A DNA stretch of 61,414 nucleotides, counting the filler, from Pirum gemmata (lineage: Eukaryota): assembly GCA_002812295.1 (NCBI GenBank). It is 19 parts of 19 records of this genome, joined end to end, with 100 filler letters (N's around TTAATTAATTAA, not from the genome) between each part and the next. Parts side by side here need not be neighbours in the genome. Positions count along the whole stretch, not along the records: positions 26,697 to 29,618 come from PDIN01003936.1; positions 29,719 to 32,684 come from PDIN01003937.1; positions 32,785 to 35,747 come from PDIN01003938.1; positions 35,848 to 38,830 come from PDIN01003939.1; positions 38,931 to 41,880 come from PDIN01003940.1; 14 more parts are not named here. One strand, 5' to 3'. Below are positions 27,578-40,612 of this stretch, in pieces; positions within the stretch are counted from its first letter, which is position 1, and each line of letters opens with the position of its first letter. The notes under the pieces were generated by a model. That model searched no databases and had not been told where the DNA came from. It saw nothing but the letters and a program-made list of their open reading frames with translations. A program made the translations under genes and the position numbers.

Positions 27578-29345
27578 CCCTAATTATAATTTTCCTTCAA
27601 AAAACAAAAAAACACAACAGCACAGCGTTAACAATAACAACAACAACTACGATAAAGCAAAAAAGAAAAAGAAAAGTGAAAATAGAATTTAAGTGCACCT
27701 AGTCTACTTTGCTAGCAAGTATAATCACATTACCACTTTAGTGTCACTTTGTATCGCGAATTACAACAGAACCTTTGTAAAAGCAGGACGAACAATATTA
27801 TATTACATTATATATTATATAATAATTATTGTTTTATAAAATTATATATTATATATTATACTATGTATACAGAACTTAATCAAAGGTTTAGAATCTGGAA
27901 TTCATACGGAATTAAAGGCATCTTTATGGGTACCTACGTATGCGTATAACTCGTTATATATATTTAGCTTGATTTTAGGTAGAACTCGAGCAAAATTTAT
28001 CATCTTTTGCATTTCAATAATAATTATGACTTCAAACAAAAATTCGCGTAATCACCACTGAAAAAGAAGAAAGGTGGAAGGAAAACCAAATTTTCTGCAC
28101 TGAACGCGTACACATGTAGTATGTACAAGTTAAAATAATTATATATAAACTATAGGGTATAATAAGTATAATATATGTTATGTACATCATTAAACATTTC
28201 TGTTTTGGTATAATAATATTATATAGACACTTTATGCGATAAAAAGTGATACATGTGCGAATTCTGGACTTTAGAAATTCAGTTGCTATATTATATATAA
28301 ATGGTTCCAAATGTGGGTCTTTCGGTCCTTGGCCTATATGTAATTTTATAATATGTTAATATAAATAATGGATAATATTATGAAAATAATATTATTTATG
28401 TATTTTCTATATTATGTAATTATTATACATTTTTTATAAACAAAACCCCCAGCTTATATATCAAGATAATATGATAAAACTTTTTAATTATAATATATAT
28501 TAATAATTACAATAAATATTATTCTAAAATATAATATTATAGTAAATTTCATTGAACGTTTTTGTTTCTGTGTAATATAATATGATAATGGACTATCACA
28601 TGTAATCATGGATAATATTATGAAAAAAATAATATTTGATAAATAATATTCTATTAATTTATACCTCGTATGTATTCTATACCCTTGTTTGTTAAAGGAG
28701 AGATGTCACTCTAATTAACAATGTCCCTCTTTTCCTTCACGATCAGAGAAATTGTCTATCATGGGAGAAATTTTAAAGCTTTTAATTAAGATTGATTATT
28801 AATTAAAAAATGGTTTTTTTTTGCTTGTAAATGTCGAGTCCAGATTTTGTAGACTTGGAGTTTTCTCGTCTGCCAAAACCTATTCAACAACCACATTTTG
28901 TCATAATGCCAAAACCTATTTATAATAATACACCGGTACCGTTTATTCGTATGCCGAAACTGAAAAAACAACAACGGGTGAGGTGCCACAACTGAGTTAA
29001 CAGTTAGTTCACTGAGGTGATATAACTGCATTAACAGTCAGTTCACGACTGAATCAACAGTAAGTTCACTGAGATGCCACAAATGATGTTTTTTTTTTAA
29101 AAAAACAACAATACTGAGTTAGCGCAATTATTATGCTCACTTATAACCTTTCTCTCAGTTCACAGTCATTTTTTTCGCATCAATTTCCCAATTGACCTAC
29201 TTATTAATACTGTGTATATAATAAAAACAAAAACCATCTAACCAGAGAACTATTCTGCTAGCTATTCATAAACTTCCAAGGAGGTCATAGATTATAATAC
29301 TACAGTAGATTACTATATGTACCAGAGACTATTAGAGAGACTACT

Positions 29346-29443
29346 CTAACCCTAACCCTAACCCTAACTTTGACCCTAACCCTAACCCTAACCCTAACCC
29401 TAACCCTAACCCTAACCCTAACCCTAACCCAGATAACCCTAAC
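29346..29443 (-). repeat. Interstitial (CCCTAA)n tract
   Basis: About 15 near-perfect units. Confidence 0.95.
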
Positions 29444-29586
29444 CAGCCTATGATAGTTACCGGTAGATATCTTTACTACGATTCTTTAGAGAGGTTTGTA
29501 CAATGTACAACACTATCTAGTCTATCTAGAATACTATAAAGTCCACTTTTAAAATATCAGAGTCCACACTCCACACTTCCACAGTC

Positions 29587-29617
<31 letters not shown>

Positions 29618-32600
29618 GNNNNNNNNNNNNNNNNNNNNNNNNNNNNNNNNNNNNNNNNNNNNTTAATTAATTAANNNNNNNNNNNNNNNNNNNNNNNNNN
29701 NNNNNNNNNNNNNNNNNNAAAAAAAAAAAAAAAAAAAACAGGAAAAGTTAATTAATTTCTGCACTTCAGTCTTCATCACGGCACTATGCAACGAAAAAGG
29801 AAAGTAAAAAAAAAAAAATTAAAAATGTATATATTTTGGTATGATGAATTTTTTCAATATACTTAAAAGGTAAGTTATAATTTAATTTTTTATATAAAAA
29901 TTATATAAAAAAATGAAAATTGGTACTTTCAAAAAATAATTAGCGTAGTATTATTTTTCTGACCTGCCTTAAATGGATTCATAAAAATAAGTTAAACAGC
30001 CTTAAAAAGTACTAACTTTTTTACAGACGATTGTTGGATATTTGAATTTATTATTTTTTATAATTTACATAATTTACTTAGTAAGATCGAACTTAAAAAG
30101 CATTTTAGTAAAATCGAAACTTGGTGGTTTATTGCTTACTTTAAAAAAACAGCAGGGTAATTCTCAGGGGTAAACAAAAAAAAAAGCAGCTGACCTGCAC
30201 AGACACGATTATTGGAAACCCCGCGCCATTTCATATCTTGTTTATTTAATTAAAAAAAAAAAATTCCCTGTGTATTTTGAGTTTTTATTTATTTAAAATT
30301 AATATTATGATAGCTATTATGATAGTTTGATTCCTGTTTGATTATAGTTTGTTTATATAAATAAACACATTCATTTTTGATCAATAACCTATTATTAGTC
30401 ATTACCCCAAGAAACTAAGTCTTTGATGTTATTATTACATTAAGTATGCTTGTTGTTGATGTTGATGTTGTTCTTTGTTGCTGTTGCTGTTGCTGTTATT
30501 GCTGTTGCTGTTGTTGTTGTTGTTATTATTGCTAGGAATGGTGTTATTATTGTTAATGACTTTTGTTTGTTTTTGTGGTTATATACGTGTTGTGTTATGA
30601 TACTGCTGTTACTGATCTGTTTTCTTTATTTTTTTGATGATTTATTGCTGCGACCGTGTTGTTCAGTCTATTTTCTTTGCTTTTTATACATGTTGATTTT
30701 ATTATTATATATTAATTTTTTATTTCTCGTGTTGATTATACTAATGTTATTAATACGGCTCTTGCCTCTAGCTCTTGTTCTTGTTCATTTGTTTTTGTTG
30801 AAATTTTTATCATATTTATTGTTTGATTTTTGTTCGTGTTTTTATTTTTATTTTCTTGTCTTTATTTTAAAATACAATTATTGCTATTGGGGGGTTTTTT
30901 TTTCAATGGTGTTTTTAATATATTATCATATTTTCGCTGTTGCTGTTGCTGTTGATGTTATTGTGGTTGCTGTTGTTGTTGTTGTTATTGCTAGGAATGG
31001 TGCTATTATTGTTAATGACTTTTGTTTGTTTTTGTGGTTATATACGTGTTTTGTTATGATACTGCTGTTACTGATCTGTTTTCTTTATTTTTTTGATGAT
31101 TTATTGCTGCGACCGTGTTGTTCAGTCTATTTGCTATTGGGGGTTTTTTTTTTGAATGGTGTTTTTAATATATCATATTATTGTCATTAATGTTGTCGTT
31201 AACGTTGTTGTTGTCTATTTTTCTCACGTTGAATTAAGCATAGAGATTGTTAATTTTTGAATCGTAACATAATATAATATATCAGGCATAATGCTAGTCA
31301 TATGCTACGATAATAAAATGTATCGATATTTATAATAATAATATATAGTATTAATAATACAATACGGAAACTAAGGCTCGGTGGGTGGGGGGGTTTCGAT
31401 CTTTAGACTATATGTAAATATTATATTATTATAATAAAAATCTTTTTCGACAAAAAAATGTACACTGGCTAAAACAGCTAAAAAAGGGGTAAAAAAAACC
31501 CTATAACCAAAAAAATAGACTTGTGAAAAATATTTAATAATTTATAAACTGTCCTTTTTTACTCCTTTTTTCCGGACCTTTTTTTTTTAGTGTTTTTTTT
31601 GAGTTTTTGAGTTTTTGAGTTTTTTTTTTTTGTGGGGACGGACTTTCCTGAGCTTTGACAAAATGCCGTACAAATTATAGTACTTTACAAGAAAAAATAC
31701 CAAATTAATAAAATATAAATCCATTTAATTTAATTTGTTATAATTTATTATCTATTTATTCATTTAAAAATATCAATTTAAAGGTTATAACCTACCAAAA
31801 TAATAATAATAATAATAATATGGTCTGTATAAAAATTTGAAAACCAAAGTATTTTTGATAGGGTAGACTCTGGCTACAGGCTTAGACTACTTTTTTTTAA
31901 TTAATCGTAGACAGTTGGGGAACTTGGGGTGTTTTACTGATTATTTATTTGGTGCTTTTAAGTTTACAAAAGTGGTTATTTTAAATTGAAATATAAATTA
32001 TTAAACACGCCAAGTTAATTAAATTGTATCAAATAAATTTGATATGGTATTAACTTTTTGGTATTTATTACTGCGTATTCTATTTGTGACAAAATAACTG
32101 AAAATCATATATAGTAAATATAAACACAATACACAGCAATTAAAGATTGAGAGGACAATTGTAATGAAAAACACAATGCCACGGTTACTATTACTAAAGA
32201 TCAGGGTCTAACAATAAAGAAGCTAATTTATAATAATAATTATTATAAATAAAGATTTATTAAAATTTAATGATACATAATTATAAAATATATAATAATA
32301 TATAATTATAAATAAGTACTAGTTTGATAATAATTAAATTATAATTAGGGATACTTAGGGGATATTCATTTATTATGTCATTTTTATTATATACCTGTAC
32401 AAACTCTCAGTGTATATGTTAATATTGCACAATCTGTAGTGATTACGTTTGCTAGTAATTAACTATGATAGTAATTTGCACTATCACAGTATCGATAGTT
32501 ATGTTAACATATGAGTATTTACATTCTTAAATAGTCTCTAATAGTCTTAATTTTCACATGTACATGTATTTCACGGTATTTATTAATAAGACTATCTTGT

Positions 32601-33404
32601 ATATCGATATTAGTTATGATAGCTTATATTATTACAGAAAGGGTATCTATTTACAAATCTTAAGAATTATTATTATTATTATTANNNNNNNNNNNNNNNN
32701 NNNNNNNNNNNNNNNNNNNNNNNNNNNNTTAATTAATTAANNNNNNNNNNNNNNNNNNNNNNNNNNNNNNNNNNNNNNNNNNNNACAATTTATCTCTTCC
32801 AGATTACAACAAAAAAATGAGCGGCGAAAAAAAATAAATGTTAAAGGTCTATTACCCGTACTCGAATGTTTTGAACTACTTCAAAAAAAAAAACTTTTGC
32901 CCAGTTCTTGACTTTCCAATGGTAAATTTTCAACAGCTAAAAGATTATGATGAAGAAGTTAATAATTACATAGAGTCTAAATCATTTCACACATTAACAC
33001 GAAAAGCTGTATAAACATCACTAAAAATTTCATCGTTAATAAATTGACAACGTAATAAGTCCAAAAATTTCGGTTTGTATTTTTGAAATATTGCTACATA
33101 ATTATCATCATAAGGAGGAGAGGTAAGCCGGTTATTAATTATATAGTTTAATAAATATAAATAAGGGTTTTGATTAAAATACACTATTATACAGTGATAC
33201 TGTTTCATATATATTGTAATAATAATATTCCAAGAAAAACTATAAAAACAAGAGAGGTAAACAGTTTAGAAAGGAATTTTAGGCTCAGGCAGAAAGAAAT
33301 TAGATGACACATTAAAACCTAAATACGAACAACCAACTAGTATACTATTTATAAACAATAACAATAAATAATAATACATATTATTATCATATAAATATAT
33401 AACT

Positions 33405-33780
33405 TTCTTGAACGAGCTTATTAACGCTAACCAACGAGTAAAAGTGCTTACGGGTTAAATCCTAAAGAATTAAAATAATCGAAAAAAAGAATATGTGAGG
33501 GTATGTGAATGTAAGAGTATGTAAGGAAAAATAACGGAAACACACCTTTAGTTTTGCAGCAGCGCTATCATTAAGTAACGCTAATGTGCACGTGAATAAA
33601 AATTAAAGTTATAATAATGGATATTACACTTTTGCTTTTTGTGGTTATAAAGGGGTATGAATAAAAATAATAGTAATGAAGATACACCTTCGCTTTTGGC
33701 AACAAATGCGGGTCATATTGATCGTTTGAAAAGAACTAATTAACGCCAACGCCAATGTGAATGTAAAAAATTATAACCGA
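33405..33780 (+). pseudogene. Frameshifted ankyrin-repeat gene remnant
   Basis: Fragments LNELINAN, NNGNTPLVL and NSNEDTPSLLATNAGHIDRLK/ELINANANVNVKN match the ankyrin consensus but are broken by frameshifts and stops. Confidence 0.75.
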
Positions 33781-34271
33781 TCATATTATGGGCGATGATC
33801 CCTAAACTTTCTCACAATAATATTATCTCCATTTCTGTTGCTGCTAATAATGAAGATGATGATTATTATAAGTATAAAAATAAGTCTTGTACTATATAGT
33901 TGTCTTTTATATAATCATCTTTATAGTAACAATTTTATACACGTTACAATGATATGATATCACTATGATATCCCAAGCTAGAGCTAGCTAGGTTACAATC
34001 CACCATTTGCTTGAATGTGATATTGTATATTATTAAACAAGAGCAGCTGGGTTTCAACAGTGTTTCAACATGTTTCAACTCGCAGTTTTTTTAAACTTTT
34101 CGAATCTATAAAAAATCTACAACTAGCTAGCTAGCTACGTAGCTAGACCCTTGATATCTTGACCATATATTGTGATCGTTATTGTTGGTTGAGTGTTGGT
34201 TGCTGCCTCTACTAGTGGTTGCTGCTGCTGCTGTTGTTGTTGCTGTTGTTGCTGTTGTGGTGGTGATGGTT

Positions 34272-34331
<60 letters not shown>

Positions 34332-35847
34332 GGTTGTATCAATGATAGTTGACTGTTGAAACACTGTTCAAACCAGGTTCAAACACTGTTGACTGTTGAA
34401 ACAGGTAGCTAGTGTTGAACTAGCTGTTGAACTGAAATTACTTAATACAGTATAAAATTCCTTTTTCTATATATGGTAGTCTTTTTTTCTGTTGAATTAC
34501 TGTTGGTGAGTTTAAATTTTTTTTTTTTTTTAATTGAATAGACTAGTAGTCTATTTGATAAGAACTGTATTTATGATATCTCTACTTTCAAAAAGAAGCA
34601 AGGGATAAGTACTGGATAAGTAAGGGATACCTACCGGTATCAGTTTTTTTAATCTAAATTAGGAAAAAATAACCTAAATTAGGAAAAAATCCAAAAAAAA
34701 AGAAAAAAAACTCGAAAGCTCGAATTTCTTAATTTTACATATGTTCGATACAAAAAAAGTGGGCTCGACTACCTCGAAAAAAAATTAATGTTTTGGGTTT
34801 TTTTTTGCGCAAAATGGGGCCGGCCCGGGCCGTCGCCCAAATGTTGAATTCCAAGTGAATTCCACCAGAATTTCCTAGCTAGCGAGTGTTAAAAAAAAAA
34901 ATCATGTATAGACTAATCAAAATCGCTTGGTTTTATTTATTGATATCATAATATTATACAGGTGATCATATTATATAGATAATAGACTATACTAATATTA
35001 TATTATTCAAACTTCAAAAAGATCCAAAGGAGTGAGTGACATTGGAGATTTGGAGTCTGTTGTTGAAGAACCAAGGAGTTCAACTCCTTCAACTCCTTGG
35101 TAGTTAGGGGCTATTAGGGGTAAGGGGTACTGATAGAGTGTCAATAGAGACAGTATAGAGGACCCTGATGCTAGCTAGTAGCTGGGGAGTGCTTTTCATT
35201 TTTTTGTCATTTTGAATATTTATTTTGTTGGTTATGATATTTAAATTGATACTTTTAAATTAATAATTAGATTATAAAATATACCAAATTAAATAAAATG
35301 GATTCATATTTAATTAATCTGGTACTATTTATTGTATAGAGAAGTCTACTAGAGGAGACCGTCTAGTACTAGTCTATTGATAAGTAGTCTAAGGCTGTAG
35401 TCTAAGGCTACCAGTAGACCTGAAAGCAAGAAAGTTTGAACTTCGCCAGTCAGTCAGCTTTGCCAGTGAAACTTTGCCCTCCAACAGTCCTCCAACCCCA
35501 ACATTCGACAAATCTACTAAAAAAGTTAGTCTAGTCTACCAGTAGTTGAAGTGAATTTTTCCTCTACCGGTTACTAGCTAGACCCCCCACGGGCCACGGC
35601 CACCCCAGTAGGTCTAGCTAGGCCGTCTCTAGCTAGTCTAGTGGTTGCCCTGTCGTACGTAGGCTCGTAGCCCTTTGAAAATTTCGCTCAAATCCGTATC
35701 GTGATGTCGGTATTTGACTGCAAAGATAAAAAAAAAAAAAAAAAAAANNNNNNNNNNNNNNNNNNNNNNNNNNNNNNNNNNNNNNNNNNNNTTAATTAAT
35801 TAANNNNNNNNNNNNNNNNNNNNNNNNNNNNNNNNNNNNNNNNNNNN

Positions 35848-36210
35848 TACCCCTACCCCTACCCCTAACGCTAACGCTATCGCTAACGCTAACCCTAACG
35901 CTAACCCTAACGCTAACGCTAACCCTAGGCCTAACCCCAACCCTAATCTTAACCCTAACCCTAGCCCTAACCCTAGCCCTAACCCTAGCCCTAACCCTAG
36001 CCCTAGCCCACATCCTAACCCTAGTCCTAACCCTAACCCCAATCCGCCTCCTAACCTTAACCTTAACCTTAATCCTCTAACCTGAACCCTCTCTTCCCAA
36101 CCTTTTACCTTAACCTTAACCCTCTACCTAACTCTAATCCTAATTTGTAACGCTAACTGTAACCTTAACCTCTAAACTTAACCCTAAGCTTAACCCTAAC
36201 TTTAACCTTG
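35848..36210 (-). repeat. Degenerate telomere-like hexamer tract (CCCTAA/CGCTAA/CCCTAG/CCTTAA), intronic
   Basis: Runs up to the GH3 exon acceptor. Confidence 0.9.
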
Positions 36211-36221
36211 ATATTTCAAAG

Positions 36222-36411
36222 AATCCAGTGGTAAATGAACCTAATATAGATCGGTTGCCTCAAAGTTATCAAAAAACTATTCAATCTAAAGATGACAGAG
36301 GCCTTGCCGCAGTTGTTGTAGCTGAAAGTATTGTTTTAATGACCAATAACAACAATGTATTACCTTTAAGTCCACCAACAAATTGTAAAACTATGAAAAT
36401 TCTTTTAACTG
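36222..36411 (+). CDS. Internal exon of a glycoside hydrolase family 3 (beta-glucosidase/xylosidase-like) gene
   Basis: AG|NPVV...RGLAAVVVAESIVLMTNNNNVLPLS...KILLTG|GTGAAT matches the GH3 domain junction LA...ESIVLLKN...LPL...KILVxG. Confidence 0.75.
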
Positions 36412-36452
36412 GTGAATATTTACTAAATGGTATGTTGGGTGTTTTTATTTCA

Positions 36453-36485
<33 letters not shown>

Positions 36486-38000
36486 AATTATTATTATTAT
36501 TATTATTATTCATTGTTGTTACTCATTATTACCATAAATAATGTAAGTATAAGCATTCTTGATGTATAGGTCTTTCCCTCGACAGGCTTCATTCTAGCCA
36601 AAATGGTATCATAAAAAAAAGGGTAGGAGGGAATCCCTACAAGTTTACCAGTGGCAGCACTAGTGACAGTTGCGTTATACACACTAGCCGTACAATAGTA
36701 GTGCCATGAAATAAGACAAAATTTTAACCAAGCTTGAGAAAAACATTTCCTTCAGATAACACATTCTTTTATTATTAATTATTATTGCTAATATTTCTAA
36801 TATTACTAATATTATGATTACTATTACTATTATTATTTATATTTTTTATATATTTTGCAGGAACTATCTTCGAGATGTCCACCACCCTGTAACTACGTCA
36901 TCATCATATAACTATGTCGACATCCATATAACTATGTCGTCATCCATATAACTATGGGTCGTTATATATAATTTAGAAAAAGAGTTTAGCTAAAGTTAGG
37001 GTTTAAACTTTAAACTGGGTTTTAGGGTTAGGGTTAGGGTATAAATAGAGTATAAAAATGTATCGATAGCTACACAATTCTCAGAGGGGGTCTACGATTC
37101 AAAAAAAAAAAAATAATAAAATAAAATAAACAGTATATAAACTAGCAAAAATCGCAATCTTTATTGACAGAGATGCAATGTCCGACCCGCACACTTAGTG
37201 TGGCTCTTTGGTTAGAGGGGAGTTCTTCTCAATACCTAAAACAAAGGTTAGTGGTTCTTTCCGCTGCTGCTACACTACTACATGTCTTACAGACTCTTAC
37301 TCATACTCTCTAGCTAGAGTAGGCCACAATCATGTCAAAAACAAAAAGAAATTAAAGGGTTAGCGCTAGGACTGTGCTAGCTAGATCAGCTGTGCTTCCA
37401 ATTGCTACCGAAGGGACATCCCGCTAACCCATAATAATAATTCTTTGGTCCTCTCAATTGTTAATTTGGCATTGTTTAAATGTATAATTGAACTTGTTTA
37501 TAAAATAAAACATTAAAAATAAATTACCAAATTAATTAGTTTTTATTTTAACCATAATAATAATTTGGTACGTTTGTTTCAGTTTTTGTACTGGGCATCA
37601 CTATTGAAAAAACAAGATGCGCTCACGACGAGGTATGTGCGAAAAAGTGCAAAAACTACTTTTAATAAAAATAATAATAATAATAATAATAATAGATAAT
37701 AATAGTGTATAATGAAAATTTTAAAATATTAATAAAAAAGTTGTGTCTACATTTTTTCAGATAGCTATTTATATTAGCTGTTTATATGTTATATCAATAT
37801 GATAATTAACGTTTATTGTTACTATATTATTATTATTATTATTATTAATTATTATTATAACGTTTTCTATTATTTCTATTACTTTCAGTTTTTACCTAGT
37901 ACTTTAAAATTTTAAATTTAATTAAAAGTAAAAACAATAATGTTTTAACACTCGTTTATCAAGTAAATTGTGATAATTTATTTAAAAAAACTGATCAAGA

Positions 38001-38564
38001 TTATATATTTTTTCTAAAAAAGAAAACGAGTGCACCATTAATTATCCACAGGAAAAAATTGATAAGAGAAAACACACCACCAGCTCTATTTTGGTCAATA
38101 GCAGGAAACTCAGTGTGCACCCACATATTTGTAGCTTCGTCAACATAATACCACATAGGACTATCGTTCATGTAAGCTACCCACATCGCTCCAGAAACCA
38201 TACACAAAACACCAGTGATACCAGCAAGAATCAATTCTGGAAAAATAGTTATTTTTTTACTTAATCCAAACAAAGCTGTAATTACAAAAATAATAGAAAA
38301 GATACAACTACAAACATTAGTGAAAACTAAAAATTCAGAACCAGTGTTGTATTTGTTGGTTCTATCACTAGGTTTATATGTTTCTCTGCCTTGGGCGTTA
38401 ATTTTACCTGTCCCTGCGATATTTGTTATCCAGTCTTTGTATGAATATTGTTCAACAGTCATTAATAAGGCAAAGGCAACGATTGAAGTTATAAACAACA
38501 AGCCCTTCACAGCGATATGAGGGTGTTTTATAGGATTAAGGTAACCAAAATTAATAAGCCCCAT
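38001..38564 (-). CDS. MARVEL-domain tetraspan membrane protein (187 aa)
   Basis: Four TM helices with MARVEL-like features: K-G-L-L-F-I-T-S-I-V-A-F-A-L, FLVF, ELILAG and AGGVFSLINFFLW. Confidence 0.75.
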   Translation of the reverse strand: MGLINFGYLNPIKHPHIAVKGLLFITSIVAFALLMTVEQYSYKDWITNIAGTGKINAQGRETYKPSDRTNKYNTGSEFLVFTNVCSCIFSIIFVITALFGLSKKITIFPELILAGITGVLCMVSGAMWVAYMNDSPMWYYVDEATNMWVHTEFPAIDQNRAGGVFSLINFFLWIINGALVFFFRKNI

Positions 38565-39651
38565 TGTTACTATATAATTTTTCTTGATTGCTAAATTTAT
38601 GTTGTTGTTTTTTAATTAAAATTTAAAATAATTGTTTGGATGTGTTTTTTTGTTTTTTTTGTTTTTTTTAGTTTTTTTTTTTTTTTTATATATTTTTTAA
38701 ATTTTTTTTTTTTTTTTTTTTTTCCTCGTTCATCATCAAGGAGGGTCAGTACAGTAGTACAACTAGCTAGTAGTACTCTAGTAGTACCCCCTCTAAGAAT
38801 TGTGTATCGATAGCTAGTAGCTACATTTTTNNNNNNNNNNNNNNNNNNNNNNNNNNNNNNNNNNNNNNNNNNNNTTAATTAATTAANNNNNNNNNNNNNN
38901 NNNNNNNNNNNNNNNNNNNNNNNNNNNNNNATAATATTTCTAGCATAATATTTCCTGGAGAAAACTTTCTTCTTTTTTTTTTTTTTTCCAGTAGACAGTC
39001 AGTAAAAAAAGAAGAAGAAAAAAATAATAGAAAAAAAATCCAAAAACGTCATTCTCGGCTGATTTTGATTCGCCCTTTTTTTTTTTAAAGAGTCTATTAT
39101 GCTTGTTTTGTCATCATAAATTATACAATAAAACATACCAAATTAATATAATATAAACAATTTCATTTAATTTGGTTTATTTTATTATATATTTATTTAT
39201 TTAAAAATGTCAATTTAAATATTATAACCAACCAAATAAGTATTCCTGGTCTATTTATAAAAATAATAATAATAATAATAAAATAGTTCTCTATTTTCTC
39301 TCAAGCACTTTTTCCCAGCAGATTCGAACAAAAATTCGAACAACTGAAGTTATCATAATAAAATATACAATAAATGATACCAAATTAATATAATCTAAAT
39401 CCATTTCATTTAATTTGGTATATTTTATTATATATTTATTTATTTAAAAGTATCAATTTAAATATTATAAACAGCCAAATAAATATTCGGAGTGACAAAA
39501 TAAATGAAAAGCACCATATTGTTCGAAAATTAACATTCCCCAGTTTTTCACTATTAAAAGTAATATAGATACTTAATTAAGGATATACTATTTTAAAAGG
39601 TGTATAATATCCATGTTTAGAAATATTCTCGAAATCTTATAAGTTTTTTTG

Positions 39652-39851
39652 AGTAGGGGTGAGATATCTACTGGAACTTACCGTGTTCCTTACTTATAAT
39701 AGCAGTTACATAGTTTAAAATAGTAATTCTAAATATAGTAGATACCAATTAAAGTAATAAAATTAACATTAATAGTAATAAAAACCATAAAAATCGGAAA
39801 AGTTCCGGCAGCTGTTCGGTAATAATAAAATGACGTCATCTCACCCCTACT
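39652..39851 (+). mobile_element. MITE family C (TIR AGTAGGGGTGAGAT...ATCTCACCCCTACT)
   Basis: Perfect 14-bp TIRs. Second copy at 43311-43514. Inserted into one unit of a local tandem repeat. Confidence 0.9.
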
Positions 39852-40196
39852 TTTTTGCTGTTTGCTGTTTTTGACAAATAAAGGTATATAATATCCATTT
39901 TTAGAAATATTCTCGAAATCTCACAAGTTTTTTGCTTTGCTGTTTTTACCAAATAAAGGTATATAGTAACCATTTTTAGAAATAACACAGCAACAACAAC
40001 AACAAACAACAACCACAACAACAACCACAACAACAACTTCTTCAAGAACAACAGCTATTGACTAGTACAATACAATACAATATTAATACAATACAATACA
40101 ATACAATACAATACAATATAATATATAATACAATACAATACAATATATATATATATATAATACAATATAATATAATATAATATAATACAATTCAAG

Positions 40197-40359
40197 TATA
40201 GTGCTTTTCAGTTATTTTGTCGTCATAAAGCATACAATAAATAGTACCAATTAATTTTGTATATTTCATTATATATTTATTTATTTAAAAGTATCAATTT
40301 AAATATTATAAACAACCAAATAAATATTATGAGTGAGAAAATAAATGAAAAGCACAATA
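40197..40359 (+). mobile_element. MITE family A, internally deleted (other partial copies ~3860-4040, 20565-20650, 31680-31800, 35188-35338, 39100-39245, 39350-39518, 41402-41465, 44882-44945)
   Basis: TIRs and the conserved interior. Confidence 0.85.
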
Positions 40360-40612
40360 ATATTAATACATGGCATTGTGGTAATTTGTGTATTAATAAT
40401 AATAATTTATAGTACAACATTATTCTATGTCGAAACTATAATTTTCAAAAACTGTGTACTAAACTTTGTAAACCTTACTAGTGGATAATCTTCATTTTCT
40501 TTGTTTGGTTTCTTTGGTTTTTGTTGGGTTTTTTCTTGGTTTTTTTTTATTGGGTTTTTATATGGTGTAAGTATTCTAAAAACGACCACTTTTTTTATTA
40601 ATTTTTTAAAAA

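Noticed and set aside
28230..28335. CACTA/Plavaka transposase fragment (GPKDPHLEPFIYNIATEF, minus strand)
   Set aside because: The resemblance is too short to support without a search.
30450..31190. 246-aa multi-TM protein
   Set aside because: T-rich low-complexity sequence with an internal ~200-bp duplication, so the hydrophobicity is compositional.
17970..36411. Polysaccharide-deacetylation gene cluster (Agd3-like + acetate transporter + GH3)
   Set aside because: The genes are on different scaffolds joined artificially.
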